From a virus: a stretch of DNA of 64,000 bases. Under the pieces are notes generated by a model that ran no database searches, had not been told where the DNA came from, and saw only the letters and a program-made list of their open reading frames with translations. Both the position numbers and the translations under genes were made by a program. The DNA is taken from IMG/VR virus record IMGVR_UViG_3300032073_005220, positions 93,015 to 157,014 of that record; one strand, 5' to 3'. Shown here piece after piece: positions 18,448 through 31,900 of this stretch (its first letter is position 1; the number at the start of each line of letters is the position of its first letter).

Positions 18448-21400
18448 TTATCCGCCAACGCCTATAGTTAATTGAGTTTCTCCTATAATACCATCATAAA
18501 ACACTATTCCAGCCGCACTTGTTGCCATTAGCTTAATGGCGTCGTTGTGACAAGAGAACTGATAAGGATCACAAGAGGGGTGTTGTGGTCCAGGTGTCTG
18601 TGATAAGCCTCCAGGAGGGACGTATTGTGGACCATCCTCTTCGTCTATTTCTGGTTCAGGAGTATACTCTCCTGCGCACTGACAAACTAGTTGTAAAGTC
18701 ATAAAAACTCCGCATGTTCCTTCGGTATCGGTTGAAACACCAGCTATATCGTCAGCAGTAACAGTATACGAAAAAGTGGCTCTATCACATAATTCCTCAA
18801 CACTTGGACCAGGAACACCGGGATACCCTACTGCATTATTTAAATTCATACCATAATAAGCTATTCTTCCATTTATTACTAAATTATATACAGCTCTATT
18901 GCAACAGTGACCTTCAGGTATTCCTGCTGAAAAATCTAGTACAGCACCTAATAGAGTGCCTATATTCACACTGTCAGTAGCAACTTTATAGTCATAAGGT
19001 ATCCATTCCCAAGCTTCTTGAGATGTTAATGCTATTTTATTGGTTTGTTCAACTCCGTCAGTACTGCCAAAAAATCCCCTAAAAGCCATTTCATTCATCA
19101 TCTTAAAAAAAGGAGTAGTAGCAGTATATTGATTGTTTTGATCTACGCACCTCCAGCAATAAAACTCGTTAGCTATAGTACCAAATTGAGTACTTATGGG
19201 CTTAACGCTTCTAGATAATCCTCCGTCTCTAGTAGGAATGTATATTTTTCCTCTCTGATCATGATATCTTAATTTTCTAGGCGGCATTACCCTGAATTTC
19301 ATATACACGGGCTTATTGAAATCTATCACTTCTTTAAGTTGATAATCTGCATATGTGCTTCCTAAAGCAGCAGGTCTTTCATAGGTGTCCTGCCAAGCAA
19401 TTAATGCTCCATTCGTATTATCTCCAAAATTTAGTAGCATTTTATTTACGTCGACACTGCTTGTGTTTGTTGATCCAAAACTATATTCTACCATATTGCT
19501 AAAATCTAAGCTAGGATCAACTTCTTTCCAAGCGTCTTTAACTTCTTGTTGTTTTTTATCTGTGTAGTCTATTCTATAATTTCCTCCGTTTAAGTCAGTA
19601 ACTTCTATAACACCATCCTCTCCTTGAGGAACAGGATAAGTACTGCTATTGCTGTCAGGAGTAATATGACTTTGAGTGGTAATTTGGTTTCCATTAATAG
19701 TACTTCCGATATCAAGCAATTGATATTCAGTATATGTGGGTATTTTAACACTCATTTCATTACTAACAAAACAACCATTTTCTGGATCTACATGTATCCA
19801 GTAATGACTAGTATCGTTATAAGATATAGAACTATCATTAGTTCCATTCATATTAAATGAACCCCTAGTATGAGGAGTCCTCTGTCCTCCCGTATATGCT
19901 ATATTCAGAGCATGATAGATATCGTTTGCTTCATTTTCTTTACTGCGTATTCTGTGTTTAAGATAAGTTTTATGACAGTCTTCTGGAGTGTAATATCCAG
20001 ATGTTTGACATTCTATGGGGTCGTTTGGTAAAGTGTTAAAGTAATTCCTTAATCCTATTAAATTACTCGACACCTTAGCCTGATCAAAAGTTGTTATGGC
20101 GTTTTCTTGGCGGCCTGTAATATCTTCATAATGACCTGTCATACTAGCATATTCTTGTGGATAAAATGATACGATCTTATTGTTGTAATTGAGGTCTTTG
20201 TCAATCATTAAAACCCCAGTATCTGATAGGTTAAAACTTCCTGAATCTTCAGCCTCTTCAAAAATTTCATTGTTAATATCTCTAATTTTATTTGTTGCAA
20301 TTTCAATAAAATCTTCTTCATATAATTCTTGTATAGCAAAATAAATAGGCTTATACGCATCATCTAGTGTTTTTGAAGAAATTGTGTCTACCCCTTGTGC
20401 AGAATCCAATAAATCTAATTCTTGAGATAAGCCGTGACCACTATATATTCCCAAGTCCTTAATACTGTATCTATATGCTCTCATTTTATCACCCGTCGAA
20501 TCGTCGGACGAAAAAGTTAAACGAGAAGTTTTCTCTTCTAACATATAGTCTCCATCTATAGGATTACCCTCTTCATCCTCATTTACTGCTATAGTTCCGA
20601 GCTCATCGACGTAAGGAGCTTTATGTGTTACAGAAAAATTGAAATACTTATATTGATCATTATTTTTATTATTAGCTTGATCATGTATATCAAAAGATTT
20701 ATTAGTTTTTTGCTCTGTGTCTAATGTTCCGTGTCTAATAGTGTCTGTACCGTATCCAATATTTCCCTCTGGTGTGGCGGTATTGGTGAAGTTGTGTGAA
20801 TCTGTATTTAATCCCTGTTTGTGTTCTTCCATAGGCCATTTATAAACAAAATGTGAGTCTTCCACCCAGTTATTGCTTTTTTGGCTAAGATCTTGTTCAG
20901 ATGTCTGGAATCTAGGATTAAAAACTAAAATCCTATTACTTGCAGAAGCAGAATAGCCTACGTAACCATCTCCTTTAACAGCTTCTCCAAATCCTAGTAT
21001 TGTCTTATAACCAGAATTTGTACTAATTAAATTTGAAGATGTAATTGTATTAGCGATATTTCCAGCAAGCAAAACTGTTTTTCCTACATCAAAATGATAA
21101 TATGCTCGATAGCCGTCAATAATTATATGATGACCACCATACCAATTAGTGCTTGAGGATACATTAAGCTTATGATTTTGCAGAAATATATAGTTATTAT
21201 CAGGAAAACTAATCCAACTACCCTTCTGTACTAACCAATAACCATTATTTTCTAAAATAGGCTGGTTGTTTAATTGAACTATATCTCCAGCAAAAAGATT
21301 TATTTTCTTTTCATGAGTACTTCCATCAATAGTACTTTGGTAACTGTAGTTATGGTCTAATTTTTCTCCAATTAAATCTAAGTAATCATTTGACATATCT

Positions 21401-24400
21401 TCGTTTAATACATATTTACAGTTTATCAAATCTAGCGATCTATAATTTTCTAATACAGAATAACTAAATCGACCAAGACCTCCGAACGGACTTTTTTTAT
21501 GAATCAAAACATATGCAAGTTGTTGACGATAGGATTGGGTAGTATTTTGATATTTAAAAATAGGAACCTCTGTAGCATACCAATAAGATTTATTATTACT
21601 TAAACATACAACAACTCTATCTGGTTTGCCAAAACCCGAATTTCTATAGACAGGAGTAAAGTATGCTCTATTCAAATTTTCTATTCTTGCTGCAATTCTA
21701 TTTTGAATAAAGTAATTTACAATAGGATCATTTACTCCTCCATTAGATAAACTATTAGCTAAAGTAATTAATCCTCCCATAGCGCCAAGTCCAATACCTC
21801 CGAAAAAACTACCTATAAATAATAAATAACCAATAAGATTAGGAAACCCGACGGCAGTGGGCAAAGTGTCCCCAAGTAAATCATTTAATGCGTCGTAATA
21901 AGAGCAATTAGAAACGCCTTCTATATATGGATACGGCGCATTCACGTTCACATTAGGAATAATGGTTTTTCTATTTGCATTAAATATATAATTAAAAGGA
22001 CCAATACTATTCTGCACAGATGAGCTCTTGTCATAAGCTATTTTACCTAGAGTGTCTTTTCTGTGATATCCCGGAACATCATCTCTATGTAAAATTAATT
22101 CCCAATTACATAAGCTATTGTTTATCGTATTTGATGTTGTTCTTTTATTTAGACTTTTCAAATTTGAAAGCGTATCATTAGATAATAAATTATCCATAAT
22201 TGTTGTTCTATAATCAAAAGGATTAATCACATAAACCGCAAGTTTGGCTGTAATACCTCCCATTTTTTCTTGGCTAAATTTATCTAAATGGGTAAAAAAT
22301 CCTCCTATAGAACTGTTTTTTATAGCATTAACCATATGAACATCGCTTGCAGATTGGGTTTCTGCGCCTGGAAGATCAGCGAACGCTGTTGGCGATAATT
22401 TTTCTTCATTCTGATGGTCTGATAAATTGAGGTGTGTGCGTTGTGTACCTAAACTGTTAAATGTCTCTCTGGTACTAGCTACGATATTCTTATTATAAAA
22501 ATCAGAAAATCTCAAAACGTAATTAGGATTATAATTTTTTATATGTTCCTGATTAATTAAACATACCTGTCCCGTAGCATGCAAAATTCTTAAAGCATCA
22601 TAATAGTCTTTTAGATTATCATTATAGTCACTAGGCGGAGTATAGGACATGGTGTCTATCTGATTTTCATATTTAGTTCCATACTGATCATACATTTCTA
22701 ATACAAAACTTAGATTTTGAGGATTTTGATAATTTAAATAATTTAGATTTACTTCTACATGTTTAATGTCAGCATTTAAAGAATCTTGTTCGTACAGGTC
22801 GTAACTTTCTTGCAGTTCTCCTGTAACATAATCTTCATCATATCCATTAGGAGTACTCTCTCCTATACGATACATAGAATGATCTCCGTGTTTCGGTCCT
22901 CCAAAAGATTTGTATCCGTAAGAATCTCCTTTGCGCCTATTGTCTCCTCCTTGAAAAGGCTGATTGGGGTCTACAAATTTATTTGGGTTTATATAAATAC
23001 TGCTTCTGTGAGGTTTAGATAATCCGTTTTCGACATGAGGTCGAAGATCATAAAAACCCCTACCTTCAAATAAATGGGTAGAATATTTTTCTGTTCTATC
23101 TTCTAAGGCATATGATATGTTGTCTATAAAATTAGGATCATCGGGATATACAAAACCCACCTCAGGATCAAAAAGACCTTTTTGTAGAGCGATTTCATTG
23201 CCTGTAATAGCGATATTTTCTCTATAACAAAAAACACCTGTAGGCCTAAACATGTCGTTTCTTCTATCTAAAGCAGTCAGACCCTTGTGATTCGCAATTC
23301 TGCTTGATCCTAAAATTTGGCTTAATTGTCTTTCATCGAATCCTCCATACGATCTAACTGGAGCTCCTGTATATATCTCGTCTGTAGGCCATCCAAATTC
23401 TGTAAACACATTTGAAGAAAAATCCTTACTTTTCCAAGTTTGTAAATTTCCATTAACCCTATTAGGACCTCTATAAAAAGCAATACCTTGCGGAGCTACG
23501 TCTCTTTTTGCATAAATTCTATCACTATAACTAGAAGCACAATAAGGATTACACTCATCTCTTAAGTAAGATATGTTTAAAGAATATATCGAAATGGTAG
23601 TGTTTCCTGGTTTGTAAGTTAAATCTAGATAAGTATTGGTAGCAGCTATTGGCTGAATACCATCGAAAGCTTTACCTCCTGTATCGTCCGTAATAAACAA
23701 TCTAATATCTTCAGCTTTTAAACATTCTGAATGGCCGCCTTCTACTATATTATTATCATTAGTATTAATATAATTAGGAGTATCTACTAACCATATTAGT
23801 CCAGCTTTATCAAAAGCAATAGTATTGGCAAATCCGCAATTAATTTTACGAAAATAAATAGGTTTTGAAGTAATGTCTGATGATAGATCGGGGAGTAAAT
23901 AACTGTTTGATTCTGTAGTTATTATGGTTCTGTCAACTTGAGAAAATGGCCCTACACTTCTTATTAGCTCAATCTCCCAAGTTCCAGCTTGTGTTATGCC
24001 CAAAAATACGTCTGGTATAATCGCGGTGTTGAAAGTTTTACCAGTTCGGAAAGGTGTTCCTCTGACACCTCCTGCATTAATATTTGGTACTGATACGCTA
24101 TCTTCATAACCGAATCTTAATCCTCCTGGTCCTTTTCTTACTCTCCAACTATATTGAGCGTCAGCATAATTAGTTTCAAGGGAGCTACTATCAGGCAAAG
24201 CGTCCTCAATTTCTAATCGCTCGCCCGATGAAATCTCACCAAAACCAAAAGAAGTAGCTATACTCCCCACATGACCTCTACCTAAATACAAAGTATTATC
24301 TGACATTGCAGGCAACTCATAGTCGGCATAATATACAATCTTATTACTTGATTTATCTGAAGTAAACTCAGGATCATCAGGTGGAGCCTTTTGAAAAGTG

Positions 24401-25905
24401 CTTATGTCGGCTTGACTTTGAGTTTCATTAAAATCTGTCTGATAGCTCATATATTGGTATTCGTCATGACCTAAATATATGCCGTAATTATTATACAAAG
24501 TTGTTGACTCAGAAACAGAAGATTCATCATAGTATGTGGTGGCGATATTAGCGAAACTAAGATGTGGGCCATTTGTACCGTCTCTAAATGTTGATCTCCT
24601 ATCTTGAGGTTCTTCTGGATCTACATAACGCAAAATAGTATTCTCTCCAGGACCCAAAGTTAATTCAGGAGTATACTTACTTATTATCTTATAAAATAAT
24701 TGTTCTTTGCTGGAAACATAATCATTTAAAGATATTCTATCCACTTTATCATACATACTATCGCTAGCAATATTGATAATATTATAGATACATTTAAATA
24801 CTTCTAGTTTTTCTTGTTCTGGGTCTCCGCCTTGCAAACTATTTAGAAAATTTAAAACAGTAGTTTTAATACGACTATCACTAAGACTACTAATAGTAAC
24901 TCTATCTATTTGAGGTCCAGTGCTCATAAAATTACACAAAAGATTAAAAGCTCTGGTTTTATTTTCTGACATAGTATACCCTCTAGCATAAGGGTAAAGA
25001 GCATTAAATATCTCTCTATAGATACCATGTAATGCTGGAGACACATAAGAGTAACTATATAAACTAGAAGCTTGTGCTCTAGCCGCATCTACTGCATTGT
25101 CATGAAAAGCAAAACTTTCTCCATTAGGTATGTAAATAGCATCTACTCGATTAGAAAAAGTACTGCCACCTACTATTCTAACAACTTGATAGCTTGTATC
25201 TCCGTTTAAACTATAATTATACAGTTCCTCCTCATCTGTAAAACTAAATTCTGGAGGATTATCTACATTCAAACTTGAATTTAGAACAGATCTGTCTACA
25301 GATAATTTTTTAGCAGTTCTGTCATCTGTTTTTTGATAGTATCTATCCTCTTCATACTGTTCTTCTTGTACTAAGAATATCGTGCCAACTGGCATGAATC
25401 TAAATTTCATATTTAAATCAGCGGTTGAATTTCTACGATACCAGCATAAAACACCATATAAAGGCGAAAAATTGTTATATTTATTAGTTAATCTCCAATC
25501 GCTTGACATAAATCTGTTTACCTCAGATCCTCCATCGGCGTCCAATGTTTTCCAGTAATTAAATTTGCCAACAAAACTTATAAAATCATTTATACCTAAA
25601 GAATCTTCTTTGAAATCTATTTTTTCGAGTACTGTTTTTTTACCTTGATCACTTTGGGATGTTGTAATAAAAGCAGGATACCAAGCGTTGTCTAAGGTGT
25701 CTGCATCCTGTTCTTCTGCTGTGCTAATACTACTTCCTATAATATCATTTAGTCTATCTATTTTTAAATTAACATCATAAGTATCTCCATTAGCTTCATA
25801 TGTAATACTTCCATTATTGGTAATAGAAAAATAATATTGTCGCAAATCATTAAATAATGAGCTATTGTACATGCTACAATCAGGATATTGGCTGTGTGTA
25901 TACAT
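18448..25905 (-). CDS. Very large virion/tail-tip protein (2485 aa)
   Basis: Uninterrupted ORF at the end of the tail operon; fibre-type motif GDIVQLNNQ...NNGYWLV..GSW; one hydrophobic Gly-rich segment; Cys-rich C-terminus. Confidence 0.75.
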   Translation of the reverse strand: MYTHSQYPDCSMYNSSLFNDLRQYYFSITNNGSITYEANGDTYDVNLKIDRLNDIIGSSISTAEEQDADTLDNAWYPAFITTSQSDQGKKTVLEKIDFKEDSLGINDFISFVGKFNYWKTLDADGGSEVNRFMSSDWRLTNKYNNFSPLYGVLCWYRRNSTADLNMKFRFMPVGTIFLVQEEQYEEDRYYQKTDDRTAKKLSVDRSVLNSSLNVDNPPEFSFTDEEELYNYSLNGDTSYQVVRIVGGSTFSNRVDAIYIPNGESFAFHDNAVDAARAQASSLYSYSYVSPALHGIYREIFNALYPYARGYTMSENKTRAFNLLCNFMSTGPQIDRVTISSLSDSRIKTTVLNFLNSLQGGDPEQEKLEVFKCIYNIINIASDSMYDKVDRISLNDYVSSKEQLFYKIISKYTPELTLGPGENTILRYVDPEEPQDRRSTFRDGTNGPHLSFANIATTYYDESSVSESTTLYNNYGIYLGHDEYQYMSYQTDFNETQSQADISTFQKAPPDDPEFTSDKSSNKIVYYADYELPAMSDNTLYLGRGHVGSIATSFGFGEISSGERLEIEDALPDSSSLETNYADAQYSWRVRKGPGGLRFGYEDSVSVPNINAGGVRGTPFRTGKTFNTAIIPDVFLGITQAGTWEIELIRSVGPFSQVDRTIITTESNSYLLPDLSSDITSKPIYFRKINCGFANTIAFDKAGLIWLVDTPNYINTNDNNIVEGGHSECLKAEDIRLFITDDTGGKAFDGIQPIAATNTYLDLTYKPGNTTISIYSLNISYLRDECNPYCASSYSDRIYAKRDVAPQGIAFYRGPNRVNGNLQTWKSKDFSSNVFTEFGWPTDEIYTGAPVRSYGGFDERQLSQILGSSRIANHKGLTALDRRNDMFRPTGVFCYRENIAITGNEIALQKGLFDPEVGFVYPDDPNFIDNISYALEDRTEKYSTHLFEGRGFYDLRPHVENGLSKPHRSSIYINPNKFVDPNQPFQGGDNRRKGDSYGYKSFGGPKHGDHSMYRIGESTPNGYDEDYVTGELQESYDLYEQDSLNADIKHVEVNLNYLNYQNPQNLSFVLEMYDQYGTKYENQIDTMSYTPPSDYNDNLKDYYDALRILHATGQVCLINQEHIKNYNPNYVLRFSDFYNKNIVASTRETFNSLGTQRTHLNLSDHQNEEKLSPTAFADLPGAETQSASDVHMVNAIKNSSIGGFFTHLDKFSQEKMGGITAKLAVYVINPFDYRTTIMDNLLSNDTLSNLKSLNKRTTSNTINNSLCNWELILHRDDVPGYHRKDTLGKIAYDKSSSVQNSIGPFNYIFNANRKTIIPNVNVNAPYPYIEGVSNCSYYDALNDLLGDTLPTAVGFPNLIGYLLFIGSFFGGIGLGAMGGLITLANSLSNGGVNDPIVNYFIQNRIAARIENLNRAYFTPVYRNSGFGKPDRVVVCLSNNKSYWYATEVPIFKYQNTTQSYRQQLAYVLIHKKSPFGGLGRFSYSVLENYRSLDLINCKYVLNEDMSNDYLDLIGEKLDHNYSYQSTIDGSTHEKKINLFAGDIVQLNNQPILENNGYWLVQKGSWISFPDNNYIFLQNHKLNVSSSTNWYGGHHIIIDGYRAYYHFDVGKTVLLAGNIANTITSSNLISTNSGYKTILGFGEAVKGDGYVGYSASASNRILVFNPRFQTSEQDLSQKSNNWVEDSHFVYKWPMEEHKQGLNTDSHNFTNTATPEGNIGYGTDTIRHGTLDTEQKTNKSFDIHDQANNKNNDQYKYFNFSVTHKAPYVDELGTIAVNEDEEGNPIDGDYMLEEKTSRLTFSSDDSTGDKMRAYRYSIKDLGIYSGHGLSQELDLLDSAQGVDTISSKTLDDAYKPIYFAIQELYEEDFIEIATNKIRDINNEIFEEAEDSGSFNLSDTGVLMIDKDLNYNNKIVSFYPQEYASMTGHYEDITGRQENAITTFDQAKVSSNLIGLRNYFNTLPNDPIECQTSGYYTPEDCHKTYLKHRIRSKENEANDIYHALNIAYTGGQRTPHTRGSFNMNGTNDSSISYNDTSHYWIHVDPENGCFVSNEMSVKIPTYTEYQLLDIGSTINGNQITTQSHITPDSNSSTYPVPQGEDGVIEVTDLNGGNYRIDYTDKKQQEVKDAWKEVDPSLDFSNMVEYSFGSTNTSSVDVNKMLLNFGDNTNGALIAWQDTYERPAALGSTYADYQLKEVIDFNKPVYMKFRVMPPRKLRYHDQRGKIYIPTRDGGLSRSVKPISTQFGTIANEFYCWRCVDQNNQYTATTPFFKMMNEMAFRGFFGSTDGVEQTNKIALTSQEAWEWIPYDYKVATDSVNIGTLLGAVLDFSAGIPEGHCCNRAVYNLVINGRIAYYGMNLNNAVGYPGVPGPSVEELCDRATFSYTVTADDIAGVSTDTEGTCGVFMTLQLVCQCAGEYTPEPEIDEEDGPQYVPPGGLSQTPGPQHPSCDPYQFSCHNDAIKLMATSAAGIVFYDGIIGETQLTIGVGG

Positions 25906-25913
25906 ATAAAATT

Positions 25914-28900
25914 TTAGTCCTTAGTAGAAATTAAAGTCCATGTTCCTTCTGAGTAAGTAAACATACCTACGCCATTTATAGTAGATAAAGTTAATGGGTT
26001 TTTAAATGTAACTACCATACTAGGTGCTCCATCTCCCTTTTTCTTACCTTGTACATAACTCATTGTAATAGTTGCCGTATTAGTGCCTGGAGTTGTTGTT
26101 CCGTAAACTATAAATTGCTGCTTACTAATTGGTTCATAGTATCCTGTGTCTGTATCATATCTACAAAATAGCCTAGCTCCTCTTGGAGCAGTATATCCCG
26201 ATCTGTCTCTTACATAAACTAATTTTCTTTGATTGTCAGCTAATGCCTGAGTAGAATAAGATGCGTCATCAAAAAATCCGCGAGCAGGAAAGGTCTCATC
26301 TAAATCGGGATCTTTTACCATATCTTCTTCTAGGGTTATATAAACATCCTTATAGACTTTAGGGCTGGTCATCCCCCAAACTTTTCTATTTTCGTCCCAT
26401 CTTAAATCTACTGGGCCTACTGGCCACATATCTGGACGTTCAGCCCAATTGAGATAGAACTGTTTTAATTTAATTTTCTTTGTCCAGCCATTGGTGCCAT
26501 ATGATTGTGTCTTACTAATAATAGAACCGTCATACCCCTCGTCTGGTTCATAGCCTCCTTCCTCGCTTAAATCATCATTATAGAAGACTGAATATACATC
26601 TGTACTTAACCCTATATCACCACCACCACCCCTGGACCAATCTGTATCATTTTGTAGTGTTAAGTTTGCTAGCTTTACTGTTTCCGACTTATCATTCCCA
26701 GATTCTGCAAGAAATGCTGAACCTACAGCTAAAGAACTATAGGTCACTGCCGGTCCTAGTGTTCTTGTTCTCTTGAATCTTTTAGGCCTGCCAAATTCAT
26801 CAATATCAATAGGTTCATCACAAGCATTCGGTACTGGATATCCTTCTGTGTCATAGCCCCATCCGTGTATCATCATAGGTCCTCTCAAGCCTACAAATCT
26901 CATATTGTGTTCTGGGCTTATGCCTGTTACGGGGTAGTCTGTATCAGAAAACCTATCGATAAATCTACTATCTAAATAATCATAATCATAGTTTTTTACA
27001 GGTGTTGATTTACTAACACTACCAGGCTGTGATAAATGCGTCTGACTGCGAAATCCTGCTCCAACAATCTCTTTGTATATTGAACCCCTGCCTATTATAG
27101 AAATACTATTTCTTCCTTTATCTACAAAAGTTCTATTTTTTTCAGCTATTTGTAGTTCTTGATGAGCTCCATCAGGATGTTCTCCTACATAATTTTGTGC
27201 ATTAGCGTTTCTAAATTCGTGTTGTGGCATTACTATAGGCTGTAATGTAGTAATATTGATTGGTATATTTAAAGATAATCCCAGTCTTGCGGTGTTATCT
27301 CTAATTTGAGACTGATAAACTAAAGCATTATATTTTTTTAATTCTTCTAAAGAATTTCCTGTGGTGGTAATAAAAGGAGGGTACAACTCTCCTTGTGCGG
27401 TGGTCGTTACGGTAGAACTATAAGCAGCTGCGTGTAACTTTTCATAAGGCTTCACACAACTATCACAATAGTATTCTACGATACCTGTTGCCAAAGTTGT
27501 GTTGGAAGACGGATATTTCTTGTATGTACGCTTAACTTTCTTAGTACCTGCGCAAATTGGACATGATTCTCGATCATACTTAGAAATACTGTATGTACTT
27601 TTTGTATTAGTTGGATAAAAAGATATAGGAGAAAATATACCATCTAAACTCATAACAGAAGAATTAGACCACTCGTCCCGTAAGGAATCTCCCAGTTCGC
27701 TGTCTGTATATATTTTAGTATCAGTATTAACTCTGTGTTCTAAATACAAATAAGGAAGCTGAGAATCATTTGATTGGTCAGAAAATCCTCCTACTATATG
27801 CCCGCTACCTCCAGGATCATCCGAATGTTGATATCTAACTTCGGCTTTTTCTTGATCATTACCCAACAAAAGTCCTGGAGCAGAAAAACTCGAAAGCATC
27901 GCTTTTTCATCTAGTCCGCTAAACTTAGGCAAGAACTTATGTGCTGTACACACTATAGTTGTTACTGGACTTGTACCATAAGTCATACTGTTTTCAGGAA
28001 TATTTCCTGCGTCTATTTGTCCTCTTCTTATCGCCTGTCTGTCCGTAAAGCGATTATTTACTATAGATCTTTTAAGATTGCCGATTTCTTTTTTTCTCAA
28101 CATATTCTGTTGAGCCATTTTTTTAAATCTTTCTATATCTTGTCTATCAAATAATGATAACTTTCTAGTATATGTCCTAAAAGAGTATTTGGTAGTAATT
28201 CCATTTTGACCCATACTCGTCATAATATTTGTCAATATAGGAGCTTGAGTATAGGAATCATGACGTATTCTATTGCCGTCTTCATTTACAATGGACACAT
28301 CAGCAACAGCATATGGAATAGTTCCTTCTAGATAACTAGGATTCTCTAAACTCATATATTCATCTAGTTTGGTTAAAATAGGAGGAGCAAAGGATTTGTT
28401 GCTCTTAATCTCTGTAAAAACAAAATATTCTTTTTGGTTTACATTCTTAATATATCCATTTGTAGCATTTCTGCCAAATGAACCTCCTAAATTAAATATA
28501 GGACTACCCGCAATGTCTATACTTCCAACTTCTATGTTAGTTTGATAGTTTGCGTTTGCTCCAACATACTTTGTTGCATTCTCATCTAGTCCTCTCATTC
28601 CTCCGAAATTCCACGGGGCAAAATCTGAAACTACTTCAAACTTAGTGTCTCCAATCCAGTTATCTATTAATTTATGTTTTTGATCATCTGAAGGTAACTC
28701 TAAAACGAGCTCCTCACAGCTACTATAATTTACATTACTGTTGCCGATATAAGTCTCGATTCCTGTAGCAAATACTTCGCTAGTAGGAGATAATGCTGGG
28801 TAGTTGGTCCAAGGGCCGTAAGAATAAATATTTGATTTAATCGGAATTCCAGCAAATAAAGGGTGTGCGCACTTTGGTGATATTTTTGTATTTTGTGCGG

Positions 28901-31900
28901 TAGGATTACCCCCCATAGAATTACTCTTTTGAAGACTGCCGAATGTAGAAATGAAAGGCTGAAAAAACCCTTTAAGTATCTTAATTCTATCGGGGTGACG
29001 ACCACCAGCTCTAGTATATATAGCAAGGTCCTCCATGCCTATAGTTGCAGAAACCGTATTAGCAGGATCTGTTTGATATTGTTCACTACTATTATTAAGT
29101 CTCAAAATATTAGTTTCTACCATCATTCTAGGATCTAGCATTTTTTCTGGATCTAAAAAGCTAAACTTAGGAGACACGTTGCAGTTTATATAAAGTTTTC
29201 TCTTTATTGCTCCGTGATTTTGCCCAAAAGCATCTAGTCCTGTAATTTTAGGAGGAGAAATGAAAGGATTTTGCGAGGCAATAGTATTTTCCAAAGAGTT
29301 AGTGGCCATACAATCTACTATGACAAAACTACCAGCATTACTAGCCAAATCGCTTAGTAATAAGTTCTCAAAATAAAATTTATGTTTTTCAAGACCATCT
29401 CCTCTTTTAAGAGCTTGAGCATCATCCCAAGCACTATAACTAAAATAAGGATGCAAATCATCCACATCCGAATTCAGAAGCACATTTTGGGCATTAAGCT
29501 TGGAAGATTTAGCTAAAGCAAATCTTTGATAATCAAAAGAATATGTAGCATTATATCCCAATATAGGATTAATTTGACCTTTATCGTTAGACAGAGAAGC
29601 CCAATTTTCATCTCCGCATACAATATTATCGTCGATTTGATTTCCATACTCTTCCCAAGCTCCGTCTCCATCAGAGCAAGGCTCATAACTATGTCTAATT
29701 TCTCCTCCGCCTTTAAATACATTAATGGTTCCCTGATCGTTTGATAAACTAAAAGAATACGGCTCCATCTCTGTTCTGCTTTGTAAATATGGAGCTGTGA
29801 CCATATATCGTTTACCATAGTATTCTTGACCAACAGATTTAATAAAAGCAGCTACAAGATCCAAATCTTTTCTAGCTTCTCCAGGAAAAGTAGCCATAGA
29901 AGTTGAACCCGTGTTCTCGGTGAGATCAGCATTTCCCTCTGGACCACAAGTATTTTCATTCGTGAACGACCATTTCCAATCATTTTCTTTTAGAGCCATC
30001 TCAGTCGCCCTGATATCACTGTGTCCTTCGTTAATAAAGTGTGCTTTAGATCTGGCAACGTAAGCACTATGCAGCATTATGTATATGTCTGTTTTATATA
30101 TTTTGCCCAAATTGTACGCTGCAAAACTATCGTTCCCGGCCATAGCTGACCTAATTTCTGATTCAGTAACCATAAACCATTCTGCTGTATAGCTTGGAGT
30201 AGCAGTTTCTTCTTCTGGTGATGCCTCGGTAGCTTCTGGTGGTGCGCCAGGATCAAAACCCTTCGTGTGAAATGACACACTAGAGTTTAGTATATTTACA
30301 TTAGAAGCACGATTTAATTTATAGCTCGTATATCTACCCTGTAATCCAATTCTTGTAGCAGGCAACTCATCTTTATGAAACAGTACACATATTTGACCTG
30401 TCCAAAAATCATACCAAACCGGTCTAATTCTTCTAAAATCTGTGTTTGCGTTTTGAGCATCTATTTTATATCTATTTTCTAAAAGATAACCAAAAAAAGG
30501 ACAGATAGTATCTCTATATAAAGGGAAAAATCTTCTTGCTGTAATTTTAGACTGCTCTGTGATATTTGAACCTTCTGCGATATCTAGTGTTGTTACTGAA
30601 GTACCAGCACAAGGATCTAGTGCATATCTAACGTCGACCCCATGAGAAATAAATTTAGATTGACCATAATTACCACTTCTAATTTGTGTAGTATTAGGGT
30701 TTACTTCACTGTCTTCAAAAGCGGCATCTCTGTCGTTAAAAGCTAGTCCTAATTCAGCTTTAACTGCTTCGTCATTTTTTAAGCTAGTATTTCTATTATC
30801 TAATGCTGGATTTCTATTTGAGAAGAAAGCAGGAAATCTAATCTTTCCATAACCAAAAGTTTTAGTAAAATCAACAGAGATTCTCGTTCCAGTATTTGTG
30901 TCGCAATCCACCGAAGATAACTCTGGAACCCTAATTTTACCTAAAGTGTAATAGTCAACAAAACAACCACCAGCCTCTCCATCTTCAACATTATCTCCAG
31001 GGCTGTAAATATAAATGCTTTGTGTATATGCAAGTCTGGTATTTTTCGTCTGATATAGTCTTTGCTGATTAGGTCCAATAACTAGAGACCTACTGGAGGC
31101 GTCATTTTTTTCTTTACCGTAAGACAAAGATCCCACAGGAAAATTATCGCAAACTAATTTACTAACAGTACTTTGAATACCATTAACTAAAGGAGCAAAT
31201 CTCCTACTTACAGCAACCACCTTAATAACCCAGCCATCATTAGTATTAATCATGCTAGTAGTCCAATCCAATCCGTGGTCTTCGCAAATTTGATCAATCA
31301 GTTCGCTGATACTCATAGAATCAGCTTTAATTCTTTTATCACTTCCCATAATAGCGTAATGCAGATCTGACAGATCTAGTCTAAACTGGCACCTATTATT
31401 ACCTGTCCAGTTTCCCGGTGTAGGAGCAATTAGTCCCCATTTGTTTGTAGTTACAAAATCTCCTGTAATAGGATCATGAGCAGTAGGAGCTATAATTCTA
31501 CCAAAAGGAGAAAAAGCATTTTTAGGACTAAAGTCATTATTTTCCGTAGAAGCTCTCAAGGTAAGATCGTCTGCACCAGCAAGTACTCGTAGCCCCATTA
31601 CTATATCTGTAACTAAAAAACCTTCTTCTTGTTTGTATGAAGAGCCTCCAAAATAATCAACACCAAAAGATTCTAAAAAACCATAAACGTTAAATACATT
31701 TGGCATATTGCCGTAAGAATTATCTGTATTATTATATTTTAATTTATTGCCAACATAGTTAGTAGGAGCAGACCAATCAAAACTATCCAGACTGCCAGCT
31801 ATAGATCCTCCATAATTATCTAAAATTACAGTACAAGTATTTAAAATACTTTGAGGACTATTAACAACAACAGTATATATATCTCCGCTATTAGATTTGT

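Noticed and set aside
18395-18450. Bidirectional terminator at the convergence of the two arms
   Set aside because: Only a 20-nt gap with an imperfect GGTTGGTATA/TATAACCACC match; no convincing stem with U-tract.
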